32,000 nucleotides of DNA from Mycobacterium tuberculosis H37Rv (GCF_000195955.2 NC_000962.3:2970001-3002000), one strand, 5' to 3'. Counted from the first letter of the stretch, positions 1-8,659 are shown. Notes: generated from the letters alone by a model not told the origin. Made by a program: numbers and translations.

Positions 1-16
1 CCAGTATCGCGCACCA
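1..16 (+). tRNA. 3' end of a tRNA gene (probably tRNA-Val), attL core
   Basis: Matches the tRNA-like 3' tail duplicated at 10983-10998; the gene body lies outside the window. Confidence 0.7.
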
Positions 17-62
17 GTGTTCGAGCAGGTCAGGCCTGGTTTTTACCGGGCCTTCGCCGTTT

Positions 63-83
63 CCGCGCAATAAACGCGCAATA
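63..83. repeat. CCGCGCAATAAACGCGCAATA, left copy (two GCGCAATA at 11-bp spacing)
   Basis: Exact 21-bp copy at 10833-10853 near the other end. Confidence 0.9.
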
Positions 84-122
84 GTGCCGCCGCTGGGTGC
101 GCCCCACGGAGGAGTTTGCTAA

Positions 123-554
123 ATGACCACCACGCCCCGACAACCCCTGTTCTGCGCCCACGCCGACACCAACGGCGACCCGGGCCGCTGCGCCTGCGGC
201 CAGCAGCTCGCCGACGTCGGCCCGGCCACCCCGCCACCGCCCTGGTGCGAACCGGGCACCGAACCCATCTGGGAGCAGCTCACCGAACGATACGGCGGCG
301 TCACAATCTGCCAGTGGACACGATATTTTCCGGCCGGCGACCCGGTGGCTGCCGACGTGTGGATCGCCGCCGACGATCGTGTCGTTGACGGCCGGGTGCT
401 GCGCACCCAACCGGCGATTCACTACACGGAACCGCCCGTGTTGGGGATCGGCCCGGCGGCGGCCCGCCGGCTGGCCGCTGAGCTGCTCAACGCCGCCGAC
501 ACCCTCGACGACGGCCGCCGGCAGCTAGACGACCTCGGCGAACACCGGCGGTGA
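123..554 (+). CDS. phiRv2 hypothetical protein with Cys/His-rich N-terminus (Rv2645)
   Basis: 143-aa ORF, upstream GGAGG, ATGA overlap with next CDS; N-term LFCAHADTNGDPGRCACGQQL. Confidence 0.75.
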   Translation: MTTTPRQPLFCAHADTNGDPGRCACGQQLADVGPATPPPPWCEPGTEPIWEQLTERYGGVTICQWTRYFPAGDPVAADVWIAADDRVVDGRVLRTQPAIHYTEPPVLGIGPAAARRLAAELLNAADTLDDGRRQLDDLGEHRR

Positions 555-1549
555 ACACCGCGACCCGGGTCCGGCTGGCCCGCAAACGCGCCGACCGGCT
601 CAATCTGAAACTAATCAAGAACGGCCACCACTTCAGGTTGCGTGACGCCGACGAGATCACGCTGGCGGTCGGGCACCTAGGGGTGGTGGAAGCCTTCCTG
701 GCGGCGGCCAAGTCGCAAAACAAGCCGCCCGGTCCGCCGCCGAGCCTCCACGCCCCGCCATCCTGGCGGCGCGACATCGACGACTACCTGCTCAACCTGA
801 ACGCCGCCGGTCAACGCCCAGCGACGATCCGGCTACGCAAGACGGTGCTGTGCGCAGCCGCCCACGGCCTCGGCCGCCCACCCGCCGACGTCACCGCCGA
901 ACACCTCCTGGACTGGCTAGGCAAACAGCAGCACCTCTCCCCAGAGGGCCGCAAAACCTATCGCAGCACGTTGCGGGGCTTCTTCGTGTGGGCCTACGAA
1001 ATGGACCGGGTGCGCGACTATGTCGCAGACTCCCTGCCTAAGGTGCGCTGCCCGAAACAGCCGCCCCGCCCGGCCGGCGACGACGTCTGGCAAGCGGCGC
1101 TGGCCAAGGCCGACCGTCGAATCGAGCTGATGATCCGCCTAGCCGGTGAGGCCGGGCTGCGACGCGCCGAAGCCGCCCAGGCGCACACCGGCGACTTGAT
1201 GGACGGCGGGCTTCTCCTCGTTCACGGCAAAGGTGGTAAACGCCGTATTGTGCCGATCAGCGACTACTTGGCCGCGCTCATCCGCGACACCCCGCACGGC
1301 TACCTGTTCCCCAACGGCACCGGCGGCCACCTCACCGCCGAACACGTGGGAAAACTCGTCTCCCGGGCATTACCCGGTGACGCGACCATGCACACCCTGC
1401 GGCACCGATACGCCACCCGCGCCTACCGCGGCTCCCACAACTTGCGAGCTGTACAACAACTTCTCGGTCACGCCTCGATCGTGACAACAGAACGCTACAC
1501 AGCGCTGTGCGACGACGAGGTGCGCGCCGCAGCAGCAGCCGCATGGTGA
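551..1549 (+). CDS. Tyrosine recombinase/integrase (Rv2646)
   Basis: C-terminal AGLRRAEAAQ...MHTLRHRYATRAY...LRAVQQLLGHASIVTTERYTAL catalytic pattern (R...HxxR...H...Y) with SAM-like N-terminal domain. Confidence 0.93.
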   Translation: MNTATRVRLARKRADRLNLKLIKNGHHFRLRDADEITLAVGHLGVVEAFLAAAKSQNKPPGPPPSLHAPPSWRRDIDDYLLNLNAAGQRPATIRLRKTVLCAAAHGLGRPPADVTAEHLLDWLGKQQHLSPEGRKTYRSTLRGFFVWAYEMDRVRDYVADSLPKVRCPKQPPRPAGDDVWQAALAKADRRIELMIRLAGEAGLRRAEAAQAHTGDLMDGGLLLVHGKGGKRRIVPISDYLAALIRDTPHGYLFPNGTGGHLTAEHVGKLVSRALPGDATMHTLRHRYATRAYRGSHNLRAVQQLLGHASIVTTERYTALCDDEVRAAAAAAW

Positions 1550-1562
1550 GTCGCCCTGGCGT

Positions 1563-2027
1563 TTGCTGCAGCCGATCGGCGTCACCCCCGACAGGCGGCT
1601 CGTATTCGGCCAGCGGCGGCTCGAGGCTGCACGGCTGCTCGGATGGGAGCGCATCCCGGTGCACGTGTGCCACACGATCGCCGACGTGGTCGACCGGGCC
1701 AAAGCCGAACGCTCCGAAAACACGCTTCGCAAGGATTTCACCCCCTCGGAGCTGCTCGCCGCTGGTCGCCGGATCGCCGAGCTGGAACGGCCGAAAGCCA
1801 AACAGCGGCAACGCGAAGGCGGCGACCATGGCCGCCAGGCTCGATATTCTGGCTTAGGCTCCATGGAGCCTAAGCCAGAATCAGAGCGCGATGCCCACAA
1901 AGCCGACACTGCCATCAGCGAAGCCCTCGGCATCTCCCGCGGCCACTACCAGCGGCTCAAACGAATCGACAACGCAACCCGCAGCGAAGCTGGCTACCGG
2001 GATGGTTTAAACGGTTGGAGCGGCTGA
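1563..2027 (+). CDS. Truncated ParB/Srx-like N-terminal domain protein (Rv2647 with extended 5' end)
   Basis: LLQPIGVTPDRRLVFGQRRLEAARLLGWERIPVHV is a ParB nuclease-like motif; it begins before the recalled annotated start (about 1659). Confidence 0.6.
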   Translation: MLQPIGVTPDRRLVFGQRRLEAARLLGWERIPVHVCHTIADVVDRAKAERSENTLRKDFTPSELLAAGRRIAELERPKAKQRQREGGDHGRQARYSGLGSMEPKPESERDAHKADTAISEALGISRGHYQRLKRIDNATRSEAGYRDGLNGWSG

Positions 2028-2159
2028 CCGCCGGTGCCCGGGATGGGCCCCGGCGGCAACTTGTCCAACGGGCGACGCTCACGTCCACGCTTGCGCAGCT
2101 CATCTTCGTGAACCGCCCCGGCATGTCCGGAGACTCCAGTTCTTGGAAAGGATGGGGTC

Positions 2160-2486
2160 ATGTCAGGTGGTTCATCGAGGAGGTACCCGCCGGAGCTGCG
2201 TGAGCGGGCGGTGCGGATGGTCGCAGAGATCCGCGGTCAGCACGATTCGGAGTGGGCAGCGATCAGTGAGGTCGCCCGTCTACTTGGTGTTGGCTGCGCG
2301 GAGACGGTGCGTAAGTGGGTGCGCCAGGCGCAGGTCGATGCCGGCGCACGGCCCGGGACCACGACCGAAGAATCCGCTGAGCTGAAGCGCTTGCGGCGGG
2401 ACAACGCCGAATTGCGAAGGGCGAACGCGATTTTAAAGACCGCGTCGGCTTTCTTCGCGGCCGAGCTCGACCGGCCAGCACGCTAA
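2160..2486 (+). CDS. IS6110 transposase OrfA (Rv2648)
   Basis: 108-aa IS3-family HTH protein. Confidence 0.97.
   Translation: MSGGSSRRYPPELRERAVRMVAEIRGQHDSEWAAISEVARLLGVGCAETVRKWVRQAQVDAGARPGTTTEESAELKRLRRDNAELRRANAILKTASAFFAAELDRPAR
2431..2438 (+). promoter_or_regulatory. Programmed -1 ribosomal frameshift site TTTTAAAG between orfA and orfB
   Basis: Slippery heptamer in the orfA/orfB overlap, as known for IS6110. Confidence 0.8.
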
Positions 2487-3421
2487 TTACCCGGTTCATC
2501 GCCGATCATCAGGGCCACCGCGAGGGCCCCGATGGTTTGCGGTGGGGTGTCGAGTCGATCTGCACACAGCTGACCGAGCTGGGTGTGCCGATCGCCCCAT
2601 CGACCTACTACGACCACATCAACCGGGAGCCCAGCCGCCGCGAGCTGCGCGATGGCGAACTCAAGGAGCACATCAGCCGCGTCCACGCCGCCAACTACGG
2701 TGTTTACGGTGCCCGCAAAGTGTGGCTAACCCTGAACCGTGAGGGCATCGAGGTGGCCAGATGCACCGTCGAACGGCTGATGACCAAACTCGGCCTGTCC
2801 GGGACCACCCGCGGCAAAGCCCGCAGGACCACGATCGCTGATCCGGCCACAGCCCGTCCCGCCGATCTCGTCCAGCGCCGCTTCGGACCACCAGCACCTA
2901 ACCGGCTGTGGGTAGCAGACCTCACCTATGTGTCGACCTGGGCAGGGTTCGCCTACGTGGCCTTTGTCACCGACGCCTACGCTCGCAGGATCCTGGGCTG
3001 GCGGGTCGCTTCCACGATGGCCACCTCCATGGTCCTCGACGCGATCGAGCAAGCCATCTGGACCCGCCAACAAGAAGGCGTACTCGACCTGAAAGACGTT
3101 ATCCACCATACGGATAGGGGATCTCAGTACACATCGATCCGGTTCAGCGAGCGGCTCGCCGAGGCAGGCATCCAACCGTCGGTCGGAGCGGTCGGAAGCT
3201 CCTATGACAATGCACTAGCCGAGACGATCAACGGCCTATACAAGACCGAGCTGATCAAACCCGGCAAGCCCTGGCGGTCCATCGAGGATGTCGAGTTGGC
3301 CACCGCGCGCTGGGTCGACTGGTTCAACCATCGCCGCCTCTACCAGTACTGCGGCGACGTCCCGCCGGTCGAACTCGAGGCTGCCTACTACGCTCAACGC
3401 CAGAGACCAGCCGCCGGCTGA
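2435..3421 (+). CDS. IS6110 transposase OrfB (Rv2649), produced by frameshift fusion
   Basis: rve/DDE integrase core: LWVADLTYVSTWAG...DRGSQYTSIRF...NALAETINGLYKTE. Confidence 0.95.
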   Translation, partial: KDRVGFLRGRARPASTLITRFIADHQGHREGPDGLRWGVESICTQLTELGVPIAPSTYYDHINREPSRRELRDGELKEHISRVHAANYGVYGARKVWLTLNREGIEVARCTVERLMTKLGLSGTTRGKARRTTIADPATARPADLVQRRFGPPAPNRLWVADLTYVSTWAGFAYVAFVTDAYARRILGWRVASTMATSMVLDAIEQAIWTRQQEGVLDLKDVIHHTDRGSQYTSIRFSERLAEAGIQPSVGAVGSSYDNALAETINGLYKTELIKPGKPWRSIEDVELATARWVDWFNHRRLYQYCGDVPPVELEAAYYAQRQRPAAG

Positions 3422-3794
3422 GGTCTCAGATCAGAGAGTCTCCGGACTCACCGGGGCGGTTCATCGGCGGCCTTGCGTGCCTGCTCAGCCTGGCGGCGCC
3501 AAGCCTCATAGCGACGCCGAATCTCCCTCTCAATCGCGCGCTGCACACCCATCCGGAACTGATCCTGGACACGCTGCTGCTGCCGAACCCAACGCTCAAG
3601 CTCACGCCGGTAGTCGTTGACTGATCTCGCCACCCAAAATCACCCCTCTTGACCCTCTTGGTTCTCTTTTTGGCGGCGTGGGCGACCCGGCACCCCTAAG
3701 TCTCCGGGCCGTGCGGGCCGCTGGGAGCCGAAAGGTTGCTAAAGTTCTCCCTTTTTGCCCGCACGACCCGAAAAGGGCCGCCCACGCCTGGCAC

Positions 3795-5234
3795 CTACGC
3801 GGTGGTCTGCACCTTCAGCACGCGGAACGCATTGTCCACCAGCACATCAGAACCGACTCGGAACCAGCAGAAGAATCCGCGCTGTCCGGTCGGTCGGCGG
3901 TTGCCGCCGAACACGTGCGGCACCAGCTCCACCGTCGACCCGACCCGGTCGGTGATGATGAACTGCTTCCAGTCGCCAAGCACCAGCGGGTAATTGGTGG
4001 CGGTCACCGCCGCGTCCACGGTGTCCATGTTCGACACCTCCCAGATGTGTTTCCCGGCCAGCATCGGCGGGCTGGCGTGCAGCGATGGGAATTTCAGCGC
4101 CCCATTCGCGGTTTCCGCCTGGCGCAGCACGTTGATGGTGGACAAGTTCGCCGCGAACGCGCTGTTGGATTGAAAGCGCGGCGGCAACGCCGACTGCAGC
4201 GCGTAAACGTCGGCGGCTACAACGGCTTCCGTCCCCGCGCCGGTGACGGTGTAGTCCGCGGTGCCGGTCAGTGCGGAGACGAATCCGGTGGGCTCGCCGT
4301 TGCCGGAGCCGCTGACGAACGCCGCCGCCTGCAGCTGCTCAACCGAATCCGCTAGGACGCGGCCCACCTCTGCGACGAATCCGGCGGCGTCACCCTCAAT
4401 CTCGAGACTGAACGGAATCCAGCAGGAGCCACGGTAGCTCGGCACCGCCGGCTGGGCCAGCGTTGGCGAATCGTCGGACACCTCCTGGGCTTCGGAGTAC
4501 CAATGAGCCTCGGCGCCTTCGGAGGTCACGCCCCGCCAAACCTCGGAGGTCGTTTGCACCACCCTCGCCACCTGCCGGATCGGATTCGTTGAACCATCAC
4601 CCGACAGCAGAATCGCCGGATCCAGCGCCGCCGGGATCAAAAACCCGCCGGCGGTGTCCACCAAGCCCATTGCTCGCTGCTCGGCGGCCACCGCGGCCGC
4701 CTCACGCCACGCGGCCGCTTCCCGGTCGGTCCAGGTCGTGTGCCCCGCAACAGGGTTCGAAACCCTCTTGACGAACGCCCCCAGGTAGTCGCGGTTGCCG
4801 GTGGCCGCCAGCCAGCGCTGCGCCCACGACGTCGACTGCGGCGGCCCGGTGCGGCACAAGGTTTCCGCGGCTTCCGCCGCCCGCGACGACATCAGGCCAT
4901 CGCGCACACAAACGTCCAGTGTGCGAAACGCGATGTCGCGCAACGAGTTGCCCGGCGGCGCGTCGCCGTCGTCGCCGCCGGTGGGAGCACCGGGCACCAC
5001 CCTCAGCTCACCGGCCCGGCAGCGGCGCAGCGCCTCCTCGGCTTCGCGGCCGCGGCGGCGCTGCTCCGCCCGCAGTTCCTCGGCGTGGCGTGTCAGCGCC
5101 TGAAAACGTTGCGCCACATCACCGGTCAGGTCGCCCTCGACGGAGTCGAGGAGCTGTTTTGCCGCGGAACGGGTTTCGTCGAGGCTGAGCTGTTTGATGT
5201 CGCCATCGTCAGCGAAATGTTGTTCATTAGTCAT
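3795..5234 (-). CDS. HK97-type phage major capsid protein (Rv2650c)
   Basis: 479 aa; long charged N-terminal delta-like region then NPIRQVARVVQTTSEVWRGVTSEGAEAHWYSEAQEVSDDSPTLAQPAVPSYRGSCWIPFSLE, typical HK97 capsid fold. Confidence 0.93.
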   Translation of the reverse strand: MTNEQHFADDGDIKQLSLDETRSAAKQLLDSVEGDLTGDVAQRFQALTRHAEELRAEQRRRGREAEEALRRCRAGELRVVPGAPTGGDDGDAPPGNSLRDIAFRTLDVCVRDGLMSSRAAEAAETLCRTGPPQSTSWAQRWLAATGNRDYLGAFVKRVSNPVAGHTTWTDREAAAWREAAAVAAEQRAMGLVDTAGGFLIPAALDPAILLSGDGSTNPIRQVARVVQTTSEVWRGVTSEGAEAHWYSEAQEVSDDSPTLAQPAVPSYRGSCWIPFSLEIEGDAAGFVAEVGRVLADSVEQLQAAAFVSGSGNGEPTGFVSALTGTADYTVTGAGTEAVVAADVYALQSALPPRFQSNSAFAANLSTINVLRQAETANGALKFPSLHASPPMLAGKHIWEVSNMDTVDAAVTATNYPLVLGDWKQFIITDRVGSTVELVPHVFGGNRRPTGQRGFFCWFRVGSDVLVDNAFRVLKVQTTA

Positions 5235-5241
5235 GAGAGAG

Positions 5242-5775
5242 TTACCAATCCATCAGGGCTAACCTGGCTTCGGCTAGCGAACGGGAAACGACTGCAAGCG
5301 ATTCCGCGCGCACACCGGCGATCTGCGCGCCCAGATAGGCCGGAACGCCGGTCAAGGAGACCTCCAACAGCGCCGCCTCGACCCGCACGATCACATCCCC
5401 TTCCCGGCGGTCCCGGATCGGCCGGAAACCCACCGAAAACGCGTCCACCACACCAGCTTTCACATTCGCCAGGGCCTCGTCGCCGTCCGGGGTGTTCGCA
5501 AGCTCGAACGCCCCGAACAAGCCGTGAGGCTCCTCACGCAGCTCGACGGCCCGGCCAACCGGGTAGCGGGTTCGAGCGTCGTGGGAGACCAGCAGCTTCA
5601 CCTTGTGGCCGCGCTCAGCGATGGAGCGCCGAAAAGCGCCAGGAGCGAACATTTCCCGGAACTCGCCGTCGAGGTCGCGGACGGTGGTCACCTCGCCATA
5701 AGGCACGATGACGCCGTACACGGTGCGGCCCTCACCAGGCCGCAGCTCGGCCGTGCGGAAAAGGATGCTACTCAA
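5242..5775 (-). CDS. HK97-family prohead protease (Rv2651c)
   Basis: VYGVIVPYGEVTTVRD...EMFAPGAFRRSI...VKLLVSHDARTRYPVGRAVELREEPHGLFGAFEL...DAFSVGF; ORF can extend to 5802. Confidence 0.92.
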   Translation of the reverse strand: MSSILFRTAELRPGEGRTVYGVIVPYGEVTTVRDLDGEFREMFAPGAFRRSIAERGHKVKLLVSHDARTRYPVGRAVELREEPHGLFGAFELANTPDGDEALANVKAGVVDAFSVGFRPIRDRREGDVIVRVEAALLEVSLTGVPAYLGAQIAGVRAESLAVVSRSLAEARLALMDW

Positions 5776-5927
5776 AATTCGGCCACCGCCTAGCAGACGC
5801 AAGAAACGCGCGGAATCGCTTGTGGCGCATGGCGGCCGCTATCCGGGTTCCAGCCGCCCCGCGGCGACTGCCCGGCGTCGGCGGATGCCGAGATGCCAAA
5901 CTCGATTGTATCACACACAAAAGGTCA

Positions 5928-6419
5928 TCACCGGTCTGGGGCGAACGGGTTGAACTCGTCGTCGTCGGGGTCCCCCGCCGCCGCCAGCACAGCAGCCAAA
6001 TTCGCCTCAGCGCTTGGCGTGCACCCCAATTCGCGCGCGAGCACCAAAACGTCCCTCGTCGCGGCCCGGGCCGCGGCCACGGCAGGATGCACCGTCACCC
6101 GTCGGCTGCGGGCGTTCGTCGCGATGAAACCCTGTTCACGGTAGGCTGTTACAGCCTGCATGAGCTGATCCCAGGCGACGCAGAAGGAGGTCAGCACCCC
6201 AAGGTCGGACTCCTTCAGCAGGTTTAATGCCGCAAGCTCGGGAACGACGCGCCCCCACATGTCTTTAGCGCCTGGCGGCAACCAATCCGGGCATTCCGGC
6301 GCAACACGCTCGAACGCCGCCGGTGGTGTAACCCGCCGGCCGCCAGAATCACGGCCCGGCGAGCGGCCGCCGAGGAGTTTCAACTGCGCCGGCGCCGGCG
6401 CGGGACCACGCCTACCCAT
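5928..6419 (-). CDS. Phage terminase small subunit, P27-like (Rv2652c); start placed at 6419
   Basis: MGRRGPAPAPAQLKLLGG opening typical of small terminases, preceded by AGAGGAGGG. Open frame extends to 6554. Confidence 0.8.
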   Translation of the reverse strand: MGRRGPAPAPAQLKLLGGRSPGRDSGGRRVTPPAAFERVAPECPDWLPPGAKDMWGRVVPELAALNLLKESDLGVLTSFCVAWDQLMQAVTAYREQGFIATNARSRRVTVHPAVAAARAATRDVLVLARELGCTPSAEANLAAVLAAAGDPDDDEFNPFAPDR

Positions 6420-6585
6420 TTTCAACACCACCCTCCTCTTTCCGGGTTTCGGGTCGCGAATGCCATGATGCCAAAAAACGCCCCATAAAACTTGAGCGCG
6501 CACACGCTCTCCCACCGTGGCGGTGTCCGGTCGGGCGGTTGCTGGCGATGGCAACCCACCCCCCCTACCTGCGGGTTTCGGGTTT

Positions 6586-6909
6586 TCACTGTTTGCTGTC
6601 GGGTTCGTCGGGGAAGTGATACGGATGCCAGCCGAGCTTCATCCCCGCCTCAAGCCGGCGCTGCTCATCGTCGAGATGCATCGACAACAGCGCCAGTTCG
6701 GCTGTGTCGTCGTCGATTTCGTGTGATGTCGCCACCATCTCGGCGTACGCTCGGCGGATAGCCTCGAGGTCGCGCTGCCGTTGGGCGCGGCGCTGCTCGG
6801 CGGACGGAACGTCGGCCGGCCAACCATGTTGCCGCCCAACGCGATTCCGACGCGGGGCGTTGAGCCCTGCGGCGATGGCTGGCTGGCGTTTAGTGCGCTT
6901 GTGGGTCAA
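6586..6909 (-). CDS. phiRv2 protein, reported toxin partner (Rv2653c)
   Basis: 107-aa ORF with TTG start and upstream GGAG; function from recalled literature only. Confidence 0.65.
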   Translation of the reverse strand: MTHKRTKRQPAIAAGLNAPRRNRVGRQHGWPADVPSAEQRRAQRQRDLEAIRRAYAEMVATSHEIDDDTAELALLSMHLDDEQRRLEAGMKLGWHPYHFPDEPDSKQ

Positions 6910-6988
6910 TGATGGGCTCCTTTCTCCCTGGAAAATGATGTGATCGACGGTGTTCCGGGTGTCCGACAGTCGGGTTCTCTCGGCGGGC

Positions 6989-7234
6989 TCACGGCGGATC
7001 ACCCCGGTCGACGGCCGCCGCCGCGGCGGCCGTCGCGGCGAACAAAACGGCCGCGACGCCGTGCGACTCCGCCACAGCGCGGACCAACGCTCGCGCAAGC
7101 TCGACGGCCGCGGTCCGCCATGCGCCCGCGGCGTCGCCGGCCAGCGCGGCGGCCGAAGCCTCGACTGGCGGGCCGCCGACAAGCTCGTCCGCGGCGGCCA
7201 GCAACGTCCGAGCAGCCAACGCGTGGCCGCTCAT
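6989..7234 (-). CDS. phiRv2 small protein, TB7.4 antigen, reported antitoxin partner (Rv2654c)
   Basis: 81-aa alanine-rich ORF, ATGA overlap with Rv2655c. Confidence 0.7.
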   Translation of the reverse strand: MSGHALAARTLLAAADELVGGPPVEASAAALAGDAAGAWRTAAVELARALVRAVAESHGVAAVLFAATAAAAAAVDRGDPP

Positions 7235-8658
7235 CGGGCGCCGTCCCGAGCGCTAGCCGCCGCTCGACCTCGGCAGGGCCGGCATTTGCCGGCGGCCTTG
7301 GCCTCAGTACTGAGGAGCTTGTTGGGGCATCCCGGCCCGGAGCACAGCGGCGCGTCGCCGTTGGGGTGCCCGTTGGGCGCCGGCGGCTCGTACGGCAAGT
7401 CGCCCGCCTCCGGGAGATCGGTTGCATCGGTTGCGCCGGTTGCATCACCGGGATCGCCAACCGGCGGTGAAACCGCGGAAACCGCGGAAACCGATAAATC
7501 TCGTTCCTCGGGGGTTTCGTCGTCGGCAGAGAGATACCGGGACCACGCATCCTCGAACTGGGTCCGCGAATACCCTTTGTAGGGTGGTTCGCCACCACTG
7601 TGCTGGAACTTCGGCCCGATGCCGTATCTGCCGAGCCGGGTCGCGAGGCCGCGCGCGTCGAGCGGGTCGCCGCGGCGGATGGAGCCCCACGGTCCCTCCT
7701 CCATCCGGTTCAGTCCGGTCAGGATGTCGCTGGTGCGCATCCGGTCCCGGTCGCTGAAGACTCGACGGATATCCCGCAGCAGCAGCACGCCTATGCTGGG
7801 CTTGGCTCCTCGATTTGCGGTTGCATCCGTTTCTGCGGTTGCACGGGCGGTTTTGGGCCAGTGCCCGCCCGCGGTGTCAGCAACCGCAACCAGGGACTCC
7901 CAGACGTCGGCGCGCCGGTCGGTCACCCCGTCCGGCATCGCCGGCCAACCGCTTTCCAGCGGGTTAATGGCGGCCGCCCAGTTCGCCAACCGGTCGTGCA
8001 GCTTCTCGGCCTCGGGGCCGTTGACGCGGGGGCGCCACGGCTCCACGGGTTCGGTTGGTGCCCTCCTGCGCATCCTCACCACGATCGACCGAGACATGAT
8101 GGTGTCGGGCAGGTCGTCGAGGCCGGCCAAGGCGACCGCACAGTACGCTGGCAGTTCCTCGGTCTCAACGATCTTGCCGCGGATGACGCAGCGGCCCGCG
8201 ACGGCTCCCTTGCGGTGGCCGGCGTTGATCACGCCGCGAATTTCCTCGTGTTCTTTAGCTTTCGGGCCAAACAGGGTGTCACACTCGTCGTACAGGACGG
8301 TCGGCCGCCCGACCGGATCGGCCACCCGACGGAACAGGTAGGCCGGTGTGCAGTTGATGGCATGCACCGGCCGGGGCACTAGCGGTTCCGTGACTTCGAG
8401 TGCGCGGCTCTTGCCAGAGCCGGGTTCCGGTGACAAAAAAGCGATTCGGGGCGTTGAGTCCCACGCCTCCATAAACCAGCAATGCGCAATCCAGAGGGTG
8501 TGCGCGATCAGTTCATGGTCGCTTGGATAGACTACGAACCGCCGCAAGAATGCCCTAATGTCGTCGAGCAATTCGGCGCCGACCGGCGGCATCGGCTGGC
8601 CGTCCTCGTCACACCAGATCGGGTCGGGATAGTCACGGCCGTAGGGGATGTCAGCCAT
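7231..8658 (-). CDS. Phage/satellite replication-type P-loop ATPase, DUF3631-like, C-terminal zinc-ribbon-like motif (Rv2655c)
   Basis: Walker A SPEPGSGKSRAL, PTVLYDECDTLFG Walker B-like, C-terminal CSGPGCPNKLLSTEAKAAGKCRPC. Confidence 0.85.
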   Translation of the reverse strand: MADIPYGRDYPDPIWCDEDGQPMPPVGAELLDDIRAFLRRFVVYPSDHELIAHTLWIAHCWFMEAWDSTPRIAFLSPEPGSGKSRALEVTEPLVPRPVHAINCTPAYLFRRVADPVGRPTVLYDECDTLFGPKAKEHEEIRGVINAGHRKGAVAGRCVIRGKIVETEELPAYCAVALAGLDDLPDTIMSRSIVVRMRRRAPTEPVEPWRPRVNGPEAEKLHDRLANWAAAINPLESGWPAMPDGVTDRRADVWESLVAVADTAGGHWPKTARATAETDATANRGAKPSIGVLLLRDIRRVFSDRDRMRTSDILTGLNRMEEGPWGSIRRGDPLDARGLATRLGRYGIGPKFQHSGGEPPYKGYSRTQFEDAWSRYLSADDETPEERDLSVSAVSAVSPPVGDPGDATGATDATDLPEAGDLPYEPPAPNGHPNGDAPLCSGPGCPNKLLSTEAKAAGKCRPCRGRAAASARDGAR

Positions 8659-8659
8659 C

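Larger units (their letters stand above)
2109..3463 (+). mobile_element. IS6110 (IS3 family), complete 1355 bp
   Basis: Terminal inverted repeats TGAACCGCCCCGGCATGTCCGGAGACTC (2109-2136) and reverse complement of TGAACCGCCCCGGTGAGTCCGGAGACTC (3436-3463); 3-bp TCG duplication at 2106-2108 and 3464-3466. Confidence 0.98.
1994..3633 (-). pseudogene. Phage small basic/charged protein ORF interrupted by IS6110
   Basis: Removing 2106-3463 (one TSD copy plus IS6110) restores a continuous 94-codon minus-strand ORF from 3633 to TAG at 1994-1996. Confidence 0.75.

Noticed and set aside
2431-2438. IS6110 frameshift as a novel recoding event
   Set aside because: This is the established IS3-family programmed -1 frameshift; kept only as a feature.
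3678-4355. Plus-strand 225-aa ORF opposite the capsid gene
   Set aside because: High-GC shadow ORF antisense to a clear HK97 capsid; no domain logic.
7600-8382. Plus-strand 260-aa ORF opposite Rv2655c
   Set aside because: Antisense of a P-loop ATPase gene; no independent coding support.
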